Counted from the whole stretch's first letter, positions 48,755-63,146 are shown. The stretch is 63,576 bases of DNA, filler included, from Octopus bimaculoides (GCF_001194135.2; 9 parts of 7 records of this genome joined end to end with filler, not necessarily neighbours in it), one strand, 5' to 3'. Numbers and translations: made by a program. The notes: generated from the sequence alone by a model not told the origin.

Positions 48755-50068
48755 GAGATTTTAAATTAACTTTTTATTTTTAAATGTGATATTACTTTTG
48801 TTGGGCTGTGAAACTTTATCAAACGTTTCCTCAGGGTTTGGTGCGCAGTAATAGTCGGGTATCCCTACTGCAAAGGACCCCCTAGGGTAGAAAAAATGTG
48901 TATATCTATTGAAAGCCGGTGTGCGGATGTGTATGTATGTGTGGATTGTGTTTGCGTGCATATGTGTGTGTATGTGTGCGTGTGCNNNNNNNNNNNNNNN
49001 NNNNNNNNNNNNNNNNNNNNNNNNNNNNNNNNNNNNNNNNNNNNNNNNNNNNNNNNNNNNNNNNNNNNNNNNNNNNNNNNNNNNNNNNNNNNNNNNNNNN
49101 NNNNNNNNNNNNNNNNNNNNNNNNNNNNNNNNNNNNNNNNNNNNNNNNNNNNNNNNNNNNNNNNNNNNNNNNNNNNNNNNNNNNNNNNNNNNNNNNNNNN
49201 NNNNNNNNNNNNNNNNNNNNNNNNNNNNNNNNNNNNNNNNNNNNNNNNNNNNNNNNNNNNNNNNNNNNNNNNNNNNNNNNNNNNNNNNNNNNNNNNNNNN
49301 NNNNNNNNNNNNNNNNNNNNNNNNNNNNNNNNNNNNNNNNNNNNNNNNNNNNNNNNNNNNNNNNNNNNNNNNNNNNNNNNNNNNNNNNNNNNNNNNNNNN
49401 NNNNNNNNNNNNNNNNNNNNNNNNNNNNNNNNNNNNNNNNNNNNNNNNNNNNNNNNNNNNNNNNNNNNNNNNNNNNNNNNNNNNNNNNNNNNNNNNNNNN
49501 NNNNNNNNNNNNNNNNNNNNNNNNNNNNNNNNNNNNNNNNNNNNNNNNNNNNNNNNNNNNNNNNNNNNNNNNNNNNNNNNNNNNNNNNNNNNNNNNNNNN
49601 NNNNNNNNNNNNNNNNNNNNNNNNNNNNNNNNNNNNNNNNNNNNNNNNNNNNNNNNNNNNNNNNNNNNNNNNNNNNNNNNNNNNNNNNNNNNNNNNNNNN
49701 NNNNNNNNNNNNNNNNNNNNNNNNNNNNNNNNNNNNNNNNNNNNNNNNNNNNNNNNNNNNNNNNNNNNNNNNNNNNNNNNNNNNNTCCATCTTTCTGTCT
49801 GGCCCAACATCGCCATCTAAAATAACAATCATTTCTAATTTAGGCAAGTGTTTTGAGCGGGAGGGAATCATTCGATACAATCGCCTCGAAAGGATGAAAT
49901 GCAAAGTAGACCTCGGCGGTATTTGAACTCAGAAGGAGCAGGTATACGGCTCCACCTTGTAAGGCAGGAGTAGGATCGATTACATTGACCCACAGAATTG
50001 ACTTAGTTCACTGCAGGAGAGGATCCTTTTTTTTTAATTTTAGGGTCTCTGTCACTGGTGGATGTTTT

Positions 50069-50108
<40 letters not shown>

Positions 50109-50429
50109 TTGATTGCGGTATATCTAACCAAGTGTGTGTGTTCTAAGCATGTGTGTGTGTGTGTCAGTATGACATTACCCTAATTAGTCGTCATGATATG
50201 TGATCTGTTTTAAAAAATATGAGAGGAGTTCTGTAATCTATTTCCAGTGTTGTGTGGTTGTGCGTATATCAACGTGTATATGTGAATCTATGTGTATGAG
50301 TTTATCACTCTATGCATATTATCTATTTATTTATTTATTTATTTATTTATTTCCGGTTTAGTTTTGGATTGTAATCTTTCCAAATTAACCTTCTACAGCT
50401 TCGCAGAACTGTTTATCTTATATTTTGGA

Positions 50430-51148
<719 letters not shown>

Positions 51149-51165
51149 CAACAACAATAATAATA

Positions 51166-51540
51166 CTTTCTTTATTGGCCACCAGGGCTGAACATAAGAT
51201 ATAGAGAACGATGCACAGACGAGGGACAGTGAGATTAAACGTGTAAACAGCAAACAAATACAACGATTAACAAAGAGATTAAATCAACAATATGCTTCCC
51301 CTCTGAGTAGGGGTGGGGTTCCACCATAAGGTGACTAAAATGACCCCTTAACACCAACGGCACCTTAGGAAGGCATCCTCTCTCTTCCCTTCCATCCGCC
51401 CTTGAGGGGGCCAATACAAAGACAGACACAAAGTGTTGGGACTGATAAAATAAAAAGTATACACGGTATACATTAGAAGAAGGGAAGTATACATAGTATA
51501 TGACACTAAAAAAAAAAGTGATCGTGAATGGATCACAGTG
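51166..51540 (-). mobile_element. Short Tx1-family derivative (3' end homologous to 17257-17480) inside an (AAT)n array
   Basis: Shares CTTTCTTTATT..CACAGACGAGGGACAGTGAG..ACAAAGAGATTAAATCAACAATATGCTTCCCC..CCACC.TAAGGTGAC with the long copy; (AAT)n lies on both flanks. Confidence 0.8.
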
Positions 51541-51577
51541 AAATAATAATGATGATGATAATAATAATAATAATAAT

Positions 51578-51687
<110 letters not shown>

Positions 51688-51834
51688 TAATAATAACAAC
51701 AATAATAATAATAATAATAATAATAGGAAGATGCTCGAAAAATAAGGGGTGTTACTTTAGTTCACTGGTAGTGAACAGCTGACACCGTAGTACATCTCTA
51801 GCGTCAGAAGCTGTGCAAAGGTAATAATAATAAT

Positions 51835-52250
51835 AATCCTTTCTACCAAAGGCACAAGGACCGAAATTTGGTGGGAGGAGACTAGTCGATTACATTGACT
51901 CCAGTATTTCCCTGGTACTTAATTTATCGACCCTGAAAGGGTGAAAGGCAAAGTCGACCTCGGCGGAATTTGAACTCAGTACGTAGCGACGGGCGAAATA
52001 CCNNNNNNNNNNNNNNNNNNNNNNNAATAATAATAATAATGGTTTCAAATTTTGCTACAAGGACGGCAGTTTTGGGGGAGGGGCCCAGTCGATTACATCG
52101 ACTCCAGTACTCAACTGGTACTTATTTTATCGAACCCGAAAGGATGAAAGGCAAAGTCGACCTCGGCGGAATTTGAACTCAGTACGTAGCGACGGGCGAA
52201 ATACCGCTAAGCATTTCGCCCAGTGTGCTAACAGTTCTGCCAGCTCGCCT
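51835..52250 (-). mobile_element. Two SINE family B copies in tandem within triplet microsatellites
   Basis: GAAAGG.TGAAAGGCAAAGTCGACCTCGGCGGAATTTGAACTCAGTACGTAGCGACGGGCGAAATACC occurs at about 51935 and 52138. Confidence 0.88.
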
Positions 52251-52291
<41 letters not shown>

Positions 52292-52542
52292 ATAATAATA
52301 ATAATAATAACAACAACAACAACAACAACAACAACAAAAACAACAACAACAATAATAATAATAATAATAATAATCTTTTCTTTATTCACCACTGAGGGTT
52401 TATGTAAAAGATGGGAATGTGATAATATTCGAAATCTGAAATCTGCATATATGTTAAGACGTTCCCGACATGGAGTGTTCCCGACAGATGGATCCCAGAT
52501 TTGTGATCTATGTAGCTATTCATTTTATTTCTCTTTGACCGC

Positions 52543-52604
<62 letters not shown>

Positions 52605-52624
52605 CGTCTGTCTGTTTGTGCGTG

Positions 52625-52925
52625 TGTGCGTGCGCGCATGCGTACAGCCATGGCTGTATGGTATGATGTTTGCTTCCCAAATGCAAGGTTTCTGGTTCAG
52701 TTCCATTGTGTGACATCTTGTGGAAAAAGTGTCTTCTACTATAGTCACAGGTTAATCAAAGTCTTGTGAGCGGATTTGGAAGACGGAAACAGAAAAGAAG
52801 CCCGTCGTATATGAATGTCTATGTGCTTGTTTGTGACTTAACGGTTCGACAAAAATCCGATATGCGCTGGTATCGATTTGTTCGACTAAACCCCTTCAAG
52901 ATGGTGTCTCAGTATGGCGTAGTCC
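52625..52925 (+). mobile_element. SINE family A (decayed)
   Basis: GGCTGTATGGTATGATGTTTGCTTCCC...GGTTCAGTTCC...GACGGAAACAGAAAAGAAGCCCGTCG. Confidence 0.8.
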
Positions 52926-53437
52926 ATCTATATATGTGTGTGTGTGTGTGTGCGCGCCACTTATTATATGAGTAAAAATTCGTTTTAGTCATCTGATTGG
53001 CGAAAATGTTTAATTACTTCCTTATTCTAAAATCTAACTGAAGAACTATTGGCTAATGGTTATAACGTTAGGCTCATAACCATATAGTCGAGAGTTAGAA
53101 TTCTAGACCGGGTGGGGCGTGTCGTGTCCTTGAGCAACAAGAATAAGGTGCATTATTTCCTGTTGCTCCAATTTACTCAGATGTAGATGGCAATCAGCCT
53201 ATTGTTCATGAAAATCATCTCTCTCAAGCTGTCACATTTTTGTGGTTTCTTTGAGTCAAGAGTGAGAGGGTTAAAGCACCTAAAACAATTGACGAAAGGT
53301 TGCTACAAGCTCCTAGGTCATATTCGCCAGCAAAAGTATGTGCAAGACAGCGTTCATTATTGTATTGATGTTTAATCATGATTTATGGCTCACTTTTATG
53401 TCAAGTAAAATCACTCACTGAACTCGAAACTAAGAAT

Positions 53438-53486
<49 letters not shown>

Positions 53487-53489
53487 GTT

Positions 53490-54770
53490 AGCGCATGTTA
53501 ATTTAGTTAGCAGGTACTTTATTTTGATGCTTGGTGACACCAAGTCGCCTCAAATCTCAAGAGTCTTCCTCAGGGTTCTTGCAGAAAACAAGATGGTGCT
53601 ATTTCTGCACGTCGACATTGCAAGTTTCAATTCCGGGTACTGTGCCAAGTGCACCAATTACTGCAGAAATAATTGTTGCCTTGATCTTTCAGTCTTCTTA
53701 GTGCTCTAGTTAGATCCTGATATTTTAAGATTTTTCAATTTCTTTGATAGCGACTCTGTTATTTATGACCTTACACTGTTTATTTTGTTTCTATAATCAT
53801 ATCTGGTCTTCTTGCTTCAATAGAATGGTCAGTCTTTATGGGGAAATCCCACAAGGTCATATAATTCTCATTTTCTATCACAGCCACTGACTGGTTTGTG
53901 TACATACCACTTTTCTGTTGTTTTGAAACCACACACTCAGCTAACATCCCAATGCACTCTGTTGCATACAATTCATATCTGCGCTTATACTCCTTTAGTG
54001 CTAGTATACTGCACTCATTCAAAAGGTGATTGATAATTTTGCATCCTTTCCTGCAGATTCCACATTTGGTCTGAGTTTTTTTTTTTTCGATCTTTATTTT
54101 TATCAGATTTGTTCTAAGGGTTTGTTCCTGAGCGGCTTTAATTAGTGTTTTTGTTTCTCGTTTCAAGTTCCGTCCGTCAGTTAGAGCCAGCGCTCTTCCG
54201 ATATTCTCGGTTTGTTGTATGAATTGGCCATGTAGTTCCATTTCTTTCCATATGTTTGTTCTGTTGGACTTCCTTTTCTCTTTGAATTCTCCTACTGTTT
54301 CAGTCATTTTTTGGGGGTATCTCTGGCTACTGAAAGCATTTTTTCTTTACTTTGCACAACATAATTTTTCAGATCCAGTATCGCGGTATTAACACTGTCC
54401 TCTGCATTTAGTAATCCTCTGGCACCTTCCTTTCATGGTCGATCAATATTGCTTTTAGGGTGGAGTGCGTTGTGCATTGTGACAGCTTTTTAGTTCTATC
54501 CAAGTTCTGTAGCTCACCCTTTATCCATTTCAGAAAGGGGGCAGAGTGTGTCAATACGGGCGTAACCTATGTATTTATGGTTTTAATGATGTTCCTTCCA
54601 TTTAACTTTGTTTCGAGTATCTTCCTAATTCTTCTCTTGTACTCTTTAGTGACCTTCTCTCTCATTTCTCCTACTATCTTATCGTCTTGCAGCACTTCTA
54701 GATATTTGTATCAACAAGTAACAGTAAGTTGGACGTTTTATTATGGGTGTCATTATAGTATATGAGAGAA
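53490..54770 (-). mobile_element. R4/Dong-like non-LTR element fragment (internally deleted)
   Basis: The minus strand encodes TMHNALHPKSNIDR..KEGARGLL, LHGQFIQQT, LKRETKTLIKAAQEQTLRTN, CGIC..IINHLLNECSILALKEYKRR, WDFPIKTDHSIEARRPDMII, TARTLRKTLEI. The 3' end lies next to (CTA)n at 53438-53486. Confidence 0.88.
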
Positions 54771-54779
54771 GTCAGACGC

Positions 54780-55790
54780 TGAGAACTAAGATTCTGTTAA
54801 ATTTGCAATATTTCAGTAATATTTCAGTTTTACTCGAGTTTTAAGAGAATCAAATGTTTTAAAGTTGACAATGTTTTTTTAAAGATGTGGACAGTATCCA
54901 TGAGTGCAATTTTTTTTGTAGTTCCGATACCTTGGGGTTCCCTGATACTTGGCCATAGTGTTTAAGAACGCCTTTTGGTATTGCCCCCAAAGTTCCGACG
55001 TTTACAGGTACAGTTGTTATTCTTAGATGCTACATTTTTGAGTTGCTTAATTTTACAAATACTTTTTAAAGAAGTGTTGCCGTCTGCTGAGATTGCCATA
55101 TCTATGAGCAGACTTGAATTTTTTACCACAATATCTGGTCTATTAGCCTGTATAGCATGATCAGTTTGGATACTAAAGTCGCAAAGAACGCTGATATCTT
55201 TATTTTCTACTATTTTGGCAGACATTTATTCGTACCAGTTCTTCTCATATGGGAGTTCAGATTTACGGTATATGAGCCAGAGCATATATTGACCGAGTCC
55301 AGCATGGTGAATAATGCATTCAATTGAGGCTAGCGTAGGGCAATCAGAAAAGAGATGGTGAACTGTCTCCTCAATAGAAGTGGCAGGCAAAGTCTGCACC
55401 GTTTTAAGAATGCTTACTTAGTAGCTTCTGGTGGGAAGACATTGATCTTGCGTTGCTATAATGAAGCTTTCTGTTTCTGATTTACATCCAGATACACCCA
55501 TCCATTGATGGGTTATATTTATAGCTACATCTGGATCGCTGGACCTTTTTGGATATTTGTCACATTATATTTTACTTTTCCATGTACCTCGCAGAATTGA
55601 GATTCCACTTGATTTGACCTGTGTTTTAATCTGTTTAGCCATCACATCGGATTCATCTGTTTCGTTTAGTCGTGCTTCAGTTTCGTTAATCCTCAATTCT
55701 TGTACATACCCTTTTGCTTCGTCTGATATTAAGTGCATTTTTTGGAGCATTCATACTTGCAGACAATTATTATCATCAAAATTATCGTCG
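54780..55790 (-). mobile_element. Second, divergent R4/Dong-like 3' fragment, head to tail with the previous one
   Basis: The minus strand encodes KSETESFIIATQDQCLPTRS, CRLCLP..ETVHHLFSDCPTLA, DFSIQTDHAIQANRPDIVVKN..LLIDMAI, LGAIPKG, KKIALMDTVHIFKKTL. Confidence 0.85.
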
Positions 55791-56561
55791 TCGTCGTTGT
55801 TGTTGTATTCAGAGAAGCACGAATAAAGCTTATAACCATTTCTTCTAAGTTTTTGTTACTTGTGGCAAGAAGGAAGTATTCTTTAAACTAGAAACAAATT
55901 CTGAATGTTTGTTACCGAGTGAACTCTGCTAAAAGAAGTTGGGAGATAGGTGATAAACCGGGAGACCGACTCAGTGATCTGCTCCAAAAGAAGAAAGGTT
56001 CTTTTGATATCTTTCTATACAATTTCTGTCTACCCACCAAATTTCGCTCACAAGAATTTGGTCAGCTTGAGACAACGGTAGATGAAACTTGCTCAAGGGC
56101 CGCAACGTTGGATCAAACTCGAAAACATGAAATCGTGAAGTGAACTTGTTCACCACACAGCCCTGCAAGGTTGATTCAATTTAACCTACATAACCACACT
56201 GGGTTGACCACCGCTGAACTCCTCAGCAAGGTCATGACACATGTTTAGGGACCATAGTCAAATAATTTACTCGATGAAATGACTTCAATATAGTCACCCG
56301 AACTGCGAGAAATACAAACCACAACTACTTCAAATTGTTTCCTACCGTCTTTAAAAATGAAGAACATGCTGGCTAATGCTGTTCAATGTATGACACATCT
56401 GTGTTCATATGTCTTCCGGATTTGGACTGATCTGAGGCTAGGTAGCAACATGATCATGTAACTATCTCAATAAAGCTTTATGAAAAGTTCGGTTATCATT
56501 TATCGCCCCATCCCTGCACGCACGCATACACGCACGCACGCACGCACGCACGCACACACGC

Positions 56562-56597
<36 letters not shown>

Positions 56598-57339
56598 NNN
56601 NNNNNNNNNNNNNNNNNNNNNNNNNNNNNNNNNNNNNNNNNNNNNNNNNNNNNNNNNNNNNNNNNNNNNNNNNNNNNNNNNNNNNNNNNNNNNNNNNNNN
56701 NNNNNNNNNNNNNNNNGAAAAGTGATCGCACTGAGATTAAAGCAAATGCTTTTTGTCCTTCAGTTTCAACGTTTCTTCAAGGGTATTTTTCTACTATTTA
56801 CACAGTCTGGTTATACACTATTTACACTTCATCTGTTCCGTTTACACTGTCTCTTTATCTCCTATCCAATCTCTTTATTCACTTTTAACACCTTCTCATC
56901 AATATAATAATGACTGACAATCAGCATCACTATCACAGTCACTATTTCTATCATCCTCATCCTCATCCTCCTCCTCCTCCTCCTCCTCCTCCTCCTCCTC
57001 ATCATCATCATCATCATCATCATGATTACTTCCCTTACAGCATCACCATCATCATCATAATTACTTAACCCTGATGCAGTTTCAAATTAATAATGAATCA
57101 GTAATTTATCAGAATTAGCAGAATTAATAAAACTGTTATCATCTTGATAATATCGTAGCGTCAAATTCATTAATTAAATCATTAATAATGTTGATGTGAT
57201 AATGTTACTTGTGTTTATTTTTTCATTAATCTTTTATATTTTCATTTTTTGTCTTCCTCCTGGTTACCTTTACTTTAATTTTCTTGTTTTACTTTTTCTT
57301 AAATTTTAATTAATATTGAAAGATAAAATGGTGCTGATT

Positions 57340-58292
57340 TAATCAAGTGCCAACTCTGACTCAAATATTTCCGACGCTCTTTCATTTGGTTAACAACCAC
57401 GTTCAACTCATGTCAACGAGGATCCCTCAATCTCCCACAAATCAAACCGTAACTACCAATCCATGGCGGCGGATTGCTGAGATCAGTGGAGCATCAGACA
57501 ACATAACATACCTCGTGGTATTTGTTTCGTCTCTTTGCATTCTGATATCCGGGTTGATTGACTTAAACGGTTCCCCACCACTTGGTGCCTAGGTGTCTTT
57601 AGTAGAGGCTAGATTGTTGCAAATATCCAGGCCTGGCATTATTAAAACCATATTCCGTTAAATCTTTAAGAATGAATGGTGGACATCACTACCTGGTCCT
57701 TGGGTATCTTTAGCAGAATCCACTCCGTTGACACCCAATTTATACCGTATCACTTTTATACTCATTCCCCTGTCCTCTTTTCCTTTTCTCTCTTTTCTTT
57801 TCTACTTTTCTTCTCTCTCTCTCCCTTCTTCAGCTTTTTTTACTTCTTTTTTATTTTCCTTTTATTATTAGTGTATTTTTACTTGCTTACTTTCTTTTAA
57901 ATCTCAACCATAGGTTTTGATCTTTAATCTTGATTTTAATTTCAATTTACCGACCACCCTTTTTTACTTATATCCTTTTTAACCACTTGCAAGATCTATT
58001 TCTTGACATAATCTATTATATTCTGTATTTTTCACTATTTTTCACTATTTTTCACTCTCTCTTTTTTTTCACACAAAGTTTCTCGATTCAGCAGTTGTTT
58101 ATACTTATTTCTCCGCCACAGTCTACTCCCACTTGCAGCCATTTATGCACCGTTATTTTTCAAATTAGTCACCCAATAAGATTTAAAAGATTTTTCGTTG
58201 AACTGGTATCTACAAAATGTTATATATTCTCTCAATTTATAAATTTCATTTCCCTTTTTTTATCACAAGTCTGATGAACGGTTACGGGAAAC
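57340..58292 (+). mobile_element. Unclassified repeat ending in a truncated hammerhead-like motif (possible PLE-related element)
   Basis: Ends CTGATGA-ACG-GTTA-CGG-GAAAC (58271-58292), where a family A SINE begins. No recognisable protein motif upstream. Confidence 0.35.
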
Positions 58293-58495
58293 TCTTACTC
58301 TTTTACTTGTTTCAGTCATTTGACTGTGGCCACGCTGGAGCACCGCCTTTAGTCGAGCAAATCAACCCCAGGACTTATTCTTTGTAAGCCTAGTACTTAT
58401 TCTATCGGTCTCTTTTGCCGAACCGCTGAGTTACGGGGACGTAAACACACCAGCATCGGTTGTCAAGCGATGCTGGGGGGACAAACACAGACTCA
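58293..58495 (-). mobile_element. SINE family A, 3' half
   Basis: Near-consensus reverse complement: TACTCTTTTACTTGTTTCAGTCATTTGACTG...GGGGGACAAACACAGAC. Confidence 0.9.
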
Positions 58496-58535
58496 TAAAT
58501 ATATGTGAATTGTTTTTGCGGCTTAAAACAGTGTA

Positions 58536-59125
58536 TATGAGGGGATATCCAAAAGAAACCAGAATTTCGAAATATTACTTTATTCACTTAGTTTTACATG
58601 TTTACACTTTTATCACCTTCGAAGTATTCTCCATTTGAACCAATGCATCAGTTAGGCGCGTTTCCACTCTTCGAAGCAGTGCTGGAACTCTTCCGAAGTG
58701 ATGCCTTTTAACAACTCCATCGTTTTTTTCTTCACCTCTTCCATATCTGCAAATTCCGTAGCACCAGCTTTGGTCACCAGTGATGACCATCGAAAATAGG
58801 TCCGGATCAACTTCCAACCGTTCTTTCAGTTCACGACACGTATTCAGCTGTGACTGCTGTTGATCTTCTGTGAGCAAGCGAAGCACAAATTTTGCTGCAA
58901 CTCTTTTCATTCGCAATTCCTCGCTCAAAATTCGTTGGCAAGAGCTCCAAGATATACCAATCATATCAACAAGATCGTCAATTGTTCCACGATGTTTTCA
59001 TTCGTTCAGTAGGTCGATAGTTATCCTGGACGAGGTTGGTCTTCAAGTGATAAGTGACCATTCCTGAAGTGTGGAAACCACTCATAAACTTGAGTTTTGC
59101 ACATGGCAGCGTCCTTGTAAGTTGT
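58536..59125 (-). mobile_element. Internally deleted mariner transposon (one TIR retained)
   Basis: The minus-strand ORF encodes MKRVAAKFVLRLLTEDQ...DPDLFSMVITGDQSWCYG. TA-TGAGGGGATATCCAAAAGAAACCAGAATT is a TIR-like end at 58536. Confidence 0.85.
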
Positions 59126-59225
59126 NNNNNNNNNNNNNNNNNNNNNNNNNNNNNNNNNNNNNNNNNNNNTTAATTAATTAANNNNNNNNNNNNNNNNNNN
59201 NNNNNNNNNNNNNNNNNNNNNNNNN
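59126..59225. other. Artificial scaffold-joining linker
   Basis: N44-TTAATTAATTAA(59170-59181)-N44. Confidence 0.97.
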
Positions 59226-59375
59226 TATATATTCACATATTTATATATTGTTGTATATATTTGTGTGTCTGTGTGATATGTTGGTAGATGCAGTGTTTGT
59301 TGATGGTTGCGGTGGTGGTATTGGTGTTGTCTATTCTTTTCTGTATGGTCAAGAATACGCTCAGCTGACGTACGA

Positions 59376-59415
<40 letters not shown>

Positions 59416-59689
59416 GTACGTATGTATATATATATATATATGTATGTGTGAATTTAAATAGGTATCTATAGTGAATTCCTGAAAGAAGATATCCATATAT
59501 GGACGTATGGACGTATGGACGTACATATGTAGGTATTTAATCTCGAGCCAATATGAAGGCAGTTGCGCGGTTGAACAAATTAAATATATTAAAGATAACA
59601 GTTTGAGTATGAAATGCAAAATATGTATATATATATTCAAGCAAAATGAGAGAAAATAAAAACTGGAGACTCTCAGACGATGGATATTT

Positions 59690-60290
59690 ATGTTGATGCA
59701 TTTTGGAAGAAAGTCTATACTAAAACAGCCATACTCTCTTCTTCCAGGGGAACCGCTCACGGCATCCAATAATATCAGAGACCTGGGTGTAATTACTGAT
59801 AACAATCTCATCTGGAGTGCCCACATCGACAATAAGCTCGATATAGCTCGTAGGATGAGCTCCTGGATCTTAAGAACCTTCTAAACGAATTGAAGGCATG
59901 ACTGATGTCGATTACTGGGACCGCCTTAAAGCCTTGAAACTCTATTCTCTCCATCGCCGCCGCGAGCGGTACATCATTTGTACGATGTGGAGAATATACC
60001 GCCAGCATTACCCAAACGACCTGAACATTAGTTTCAAGGTTCATCCAAGGCTGGGACCACGGGCCATACGTCCCCTGCCCAATTCAGGATCACATCATAT
60101 AGGCACACTGCGGCATAATTTCTTTTCCTCAACAGCTCCTGCCCTGTTTAACATTGTCCCAAATCAGATAAAAGAGGAAAAGGATCCTGTCAGCTTTAAA
60201 CGGAGTCTGGACAGATTTCTTCAAGGAATACCAGATAAGCCACCCATACCGGGATACGACTCACTCAACAAGAACTCACTACTTGAATGG
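59690..60290 (+). mobile_element. CR1/L2-group (Jockey superfamily) LINE 3' fragment
   Basis: IRDLGVITDNNLIWSAHID, YWDRLKALKLYSLHRRRERYII, FFSSTAPALFN, SFKRSLDRFLQGIPDKP...NSLLEW. Confidence 0.85.
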
Positions 60291-60659
60291 NNNNNNNNNN
60301 NNNNNNNNNNNNNNNNNNNNNNNNNNNNNNNNNNNNNNNNNNNNNNNNNNNNNNNNNNNNNNNNNNNNNNNNNNNNNNNNNNNNNNNNNNNNNNNNNNNN
60401 NNNNNNNNNNNNNNNNNNNNNNNNNNNNNNNNNNNNNNNNNNNNNNNNNNNNNNNNNNNNNNNNNNNNNNNNNNNNNNNNNNNNNNNNNNNNNNNNNNNN
60501 NNNNNNNNNNNNNNNNNNNNNNNNNNNNNNNNNNNNNNNNNNNNNNNNNNNNNNNNNNNNNNNNNNNNNNNNNNNNNNNNNNNNNNNNNNNNNNNNNNNN
60601 NNNNNNNNNNNNNNNNNNNNNNNNNNNNNNNNNNNNNNNNNNNNNNNNNNNNNNNNNNN

Positions 60660-60870
60660 AGCCCGTCGTATATATGTATATATGTGTGTGCGTATGTTTG
60701 TCTCCCACCATCACTTGACAACCGATGTTGGTGTGTTTACGTCCCTGTAACTTAGCGGTTCGGCAAAATCGTCTGATGGGATAAGTACTAGGCTTCAACT
60801 AAAAACCCTTTAAGGTGCTCCAGCATGACCGCAGTCAAATAACTGAAGTAAAAGAATTAAAGAATTAAAT
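60660..60870 (+). mobile_element. SINE family A, 3' half
   Basis: GCCCGTCGTATAT...CACTTGACAACCGATGTTGGTGTGTTTACGTCCCTGTAACTTAGCGGTTCGGCAAA. Confidence 0.85.
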
Positions 60871-61210
60871 GAAATACAGGTACCTTAACCTGTGCAAACG
60901 ATAAACGTTTCTAAATTCTGTACTGTGCAGGGTACCAGTTAACAACACACTCTCACACACAGGCTCTCACAGACGCACGCACGCACGCACACACACACAC
61001 ACATACTTACTGCCATATACATACACGCACATATGCTCACGCGCTCTTACATACTCACACACACAACACAAACACACACGCGTGCAGACACACACACGGA
61101 CACTCATCTCTTATCGCCACAAACACACACTCGCACAAATCTACACTTTCACACACATGTATACACACGCACACACATTCATGCACACACACACACACAC
61201 ACACACACAC

Positions 61211-61310
61211 NNNNNNNNNNNNNNNNNNNNNNNNNNNNNNNNNNNNNNNNNNNNTTAATTAATTAANNNNNNNNNNNNNNNNNNNNNNNNNNNNNNNNNN
61301 NNNNNNNNNN
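61211..61310. other. Artificial scaffold-joining linker
   Basis: N44-TTAATTAATTAA(61255-61266)-N44. Confidence 0.97.
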
Positions 61311-61549
61311 GGGGGGGGGTGAGGTTAGTGGACAGTAGTGGCGCTGATAGAAAGCTGTGGTCGTGGTGACGTGGTGATGGCTGGTGATTGTAAAGCTGAT
61401 ATTGTCCAAGGTGATGGCGGTGTTGGCGGCGGAGGGTGGTGATTGAGATGGCGGATGTTTTTGTGCTCATGACGACCACCATGACATGTTGACAGTTTTA
61501 TTTTCAAGAAAATAACGATACACGCACGAACAAGTTACACATAGACGCG

Positions 61550-61580
<31 letters not shown>

Positions 61581-61599
61581 GCACACACATATGCACTCA

Positions 61600-61689
61600 T
61601 ACATACTCACAAATACACATGAACTTACACAAAAAAGAATAAATAGCTGCATATACATACATACATATATACGTACATACACACATATA

Positions 61690-61723
<34 letters not shown>

Positions 61724-61767
61724 CATACATATATACATACATACATACATACATACACACGTACGTA

Positions 61768-61827
<60 letters not shown>

Positions 61828-62099
61828 TATACATTCATGTATACTTACATATATATATCCACTATCATTGCCATCAAAGAACATTAAAAAACCATCACAT
61901 ACATACATACATACATACATACATACATACATACGTACGTACATACATACATACATACATGCATACATACATACATACATACATACATACAAACAAACAA
62001 ACATACATACATACATACATACATGCATACATACATACATACATACATACATATAAACAAACAAACATACATACATACATACATACATGCATACATACA

Positions 62100-62131
<32 letters not shown>

Positions 62132-62400
62132 AACAAACAAACATACATACATACATACATACATGATGGTAGTCTCTCGTAGTCCGAGAAAGACGGTTCT
62201 GAAATTTGTTGCTGGGTGACTAACACACAGGAACTGTTTATTGTGATCAAGCGTATGTCTTGGGCCCTCACATACATACATACATACATACATACATACA
62301 CACATACATACATACATACACGCATGCACACATACATACATACATACATACATACATACATACATGCATACATACATACACACATACATACAAACATGGT
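61600..62400. repeat. (CATA)n/(CA)n arrays with recurring TATAAACAAACAAA interruptions
   Basis: Direct reading; the interruption recurs at about 61990, 62053 and 62128. Confidence 0.9.
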
Positions 62401-62569
62401 GGTTGTTCTACTTTCACAGATGATAGCCGTCTCTCTGATATTCCTCGTTGTCAATGGCATTTCTGACATTCCATCTACGACCTCTCCGATGACAATTCAG
62501 TTCCACTGCAGATCCGCGTGATTTGAAGAATAGAAGACAGACGAAAGAAATAACTTCACTGGATTGATC

Positions 62570-63050
62570 GGATCACTTTGTGAGACACGATCCCTGTGAA
62601 CTGCCACATGACTCTTCTTTCCAGAATCGATTTGCAAGACATTCCACACGCTCTACACCCGGTCTAGGAGGAAGGATATTGCATACAGTTGATCTTTCAT
62701 GAGACTTCAGATGGTGGACTAACCCAGCCTTGGAAACGAGTACACGGCCACAGGCTTCACACCTCCAACACTTTTTGCTCTCATTGAGGTTCTGATCACA
62801 GCCTCTCTGAAGCCAGCGCTTTAGACTCAAAGTCAAGCAGACATCGTCGACCAAGAATCTCGACCAGCTAGAAATAGCAGTCAAATCTCTCACAGATCAT
62901 ACCCAACCGTCTTTTGAATGACACATCAGATTAAGTATGCTCTGGGTACTTCTCACATAGGCAAAAGATTCAATGGGCACGGCTAAAATGCCGTTCAAAG
63001 ACACGTTCTTTGGATGAAGACTGACCTCGATCAACACTGAGATAAGCGAC
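62570..63050 (-). mobile_element. RTE-clade LINE 3' fragment
   Basis: The minus strand encodes the C-terminal zinc-finger-like CWRCEACGRVLVSKAGLVHHLKSH typical of RTE ORF ends. Confidence 0.7.
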
Positions 63051-63055
63051 AACAG

Positions 63056-63146
<91 letters not shown>

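Noticed and set aside
61467-62469. MYVC/HTYI-repeat ORFs here and at many (CA)/(CATA)/(TA) tracts
   Set aside because: Microsatellite translations, not proteins.
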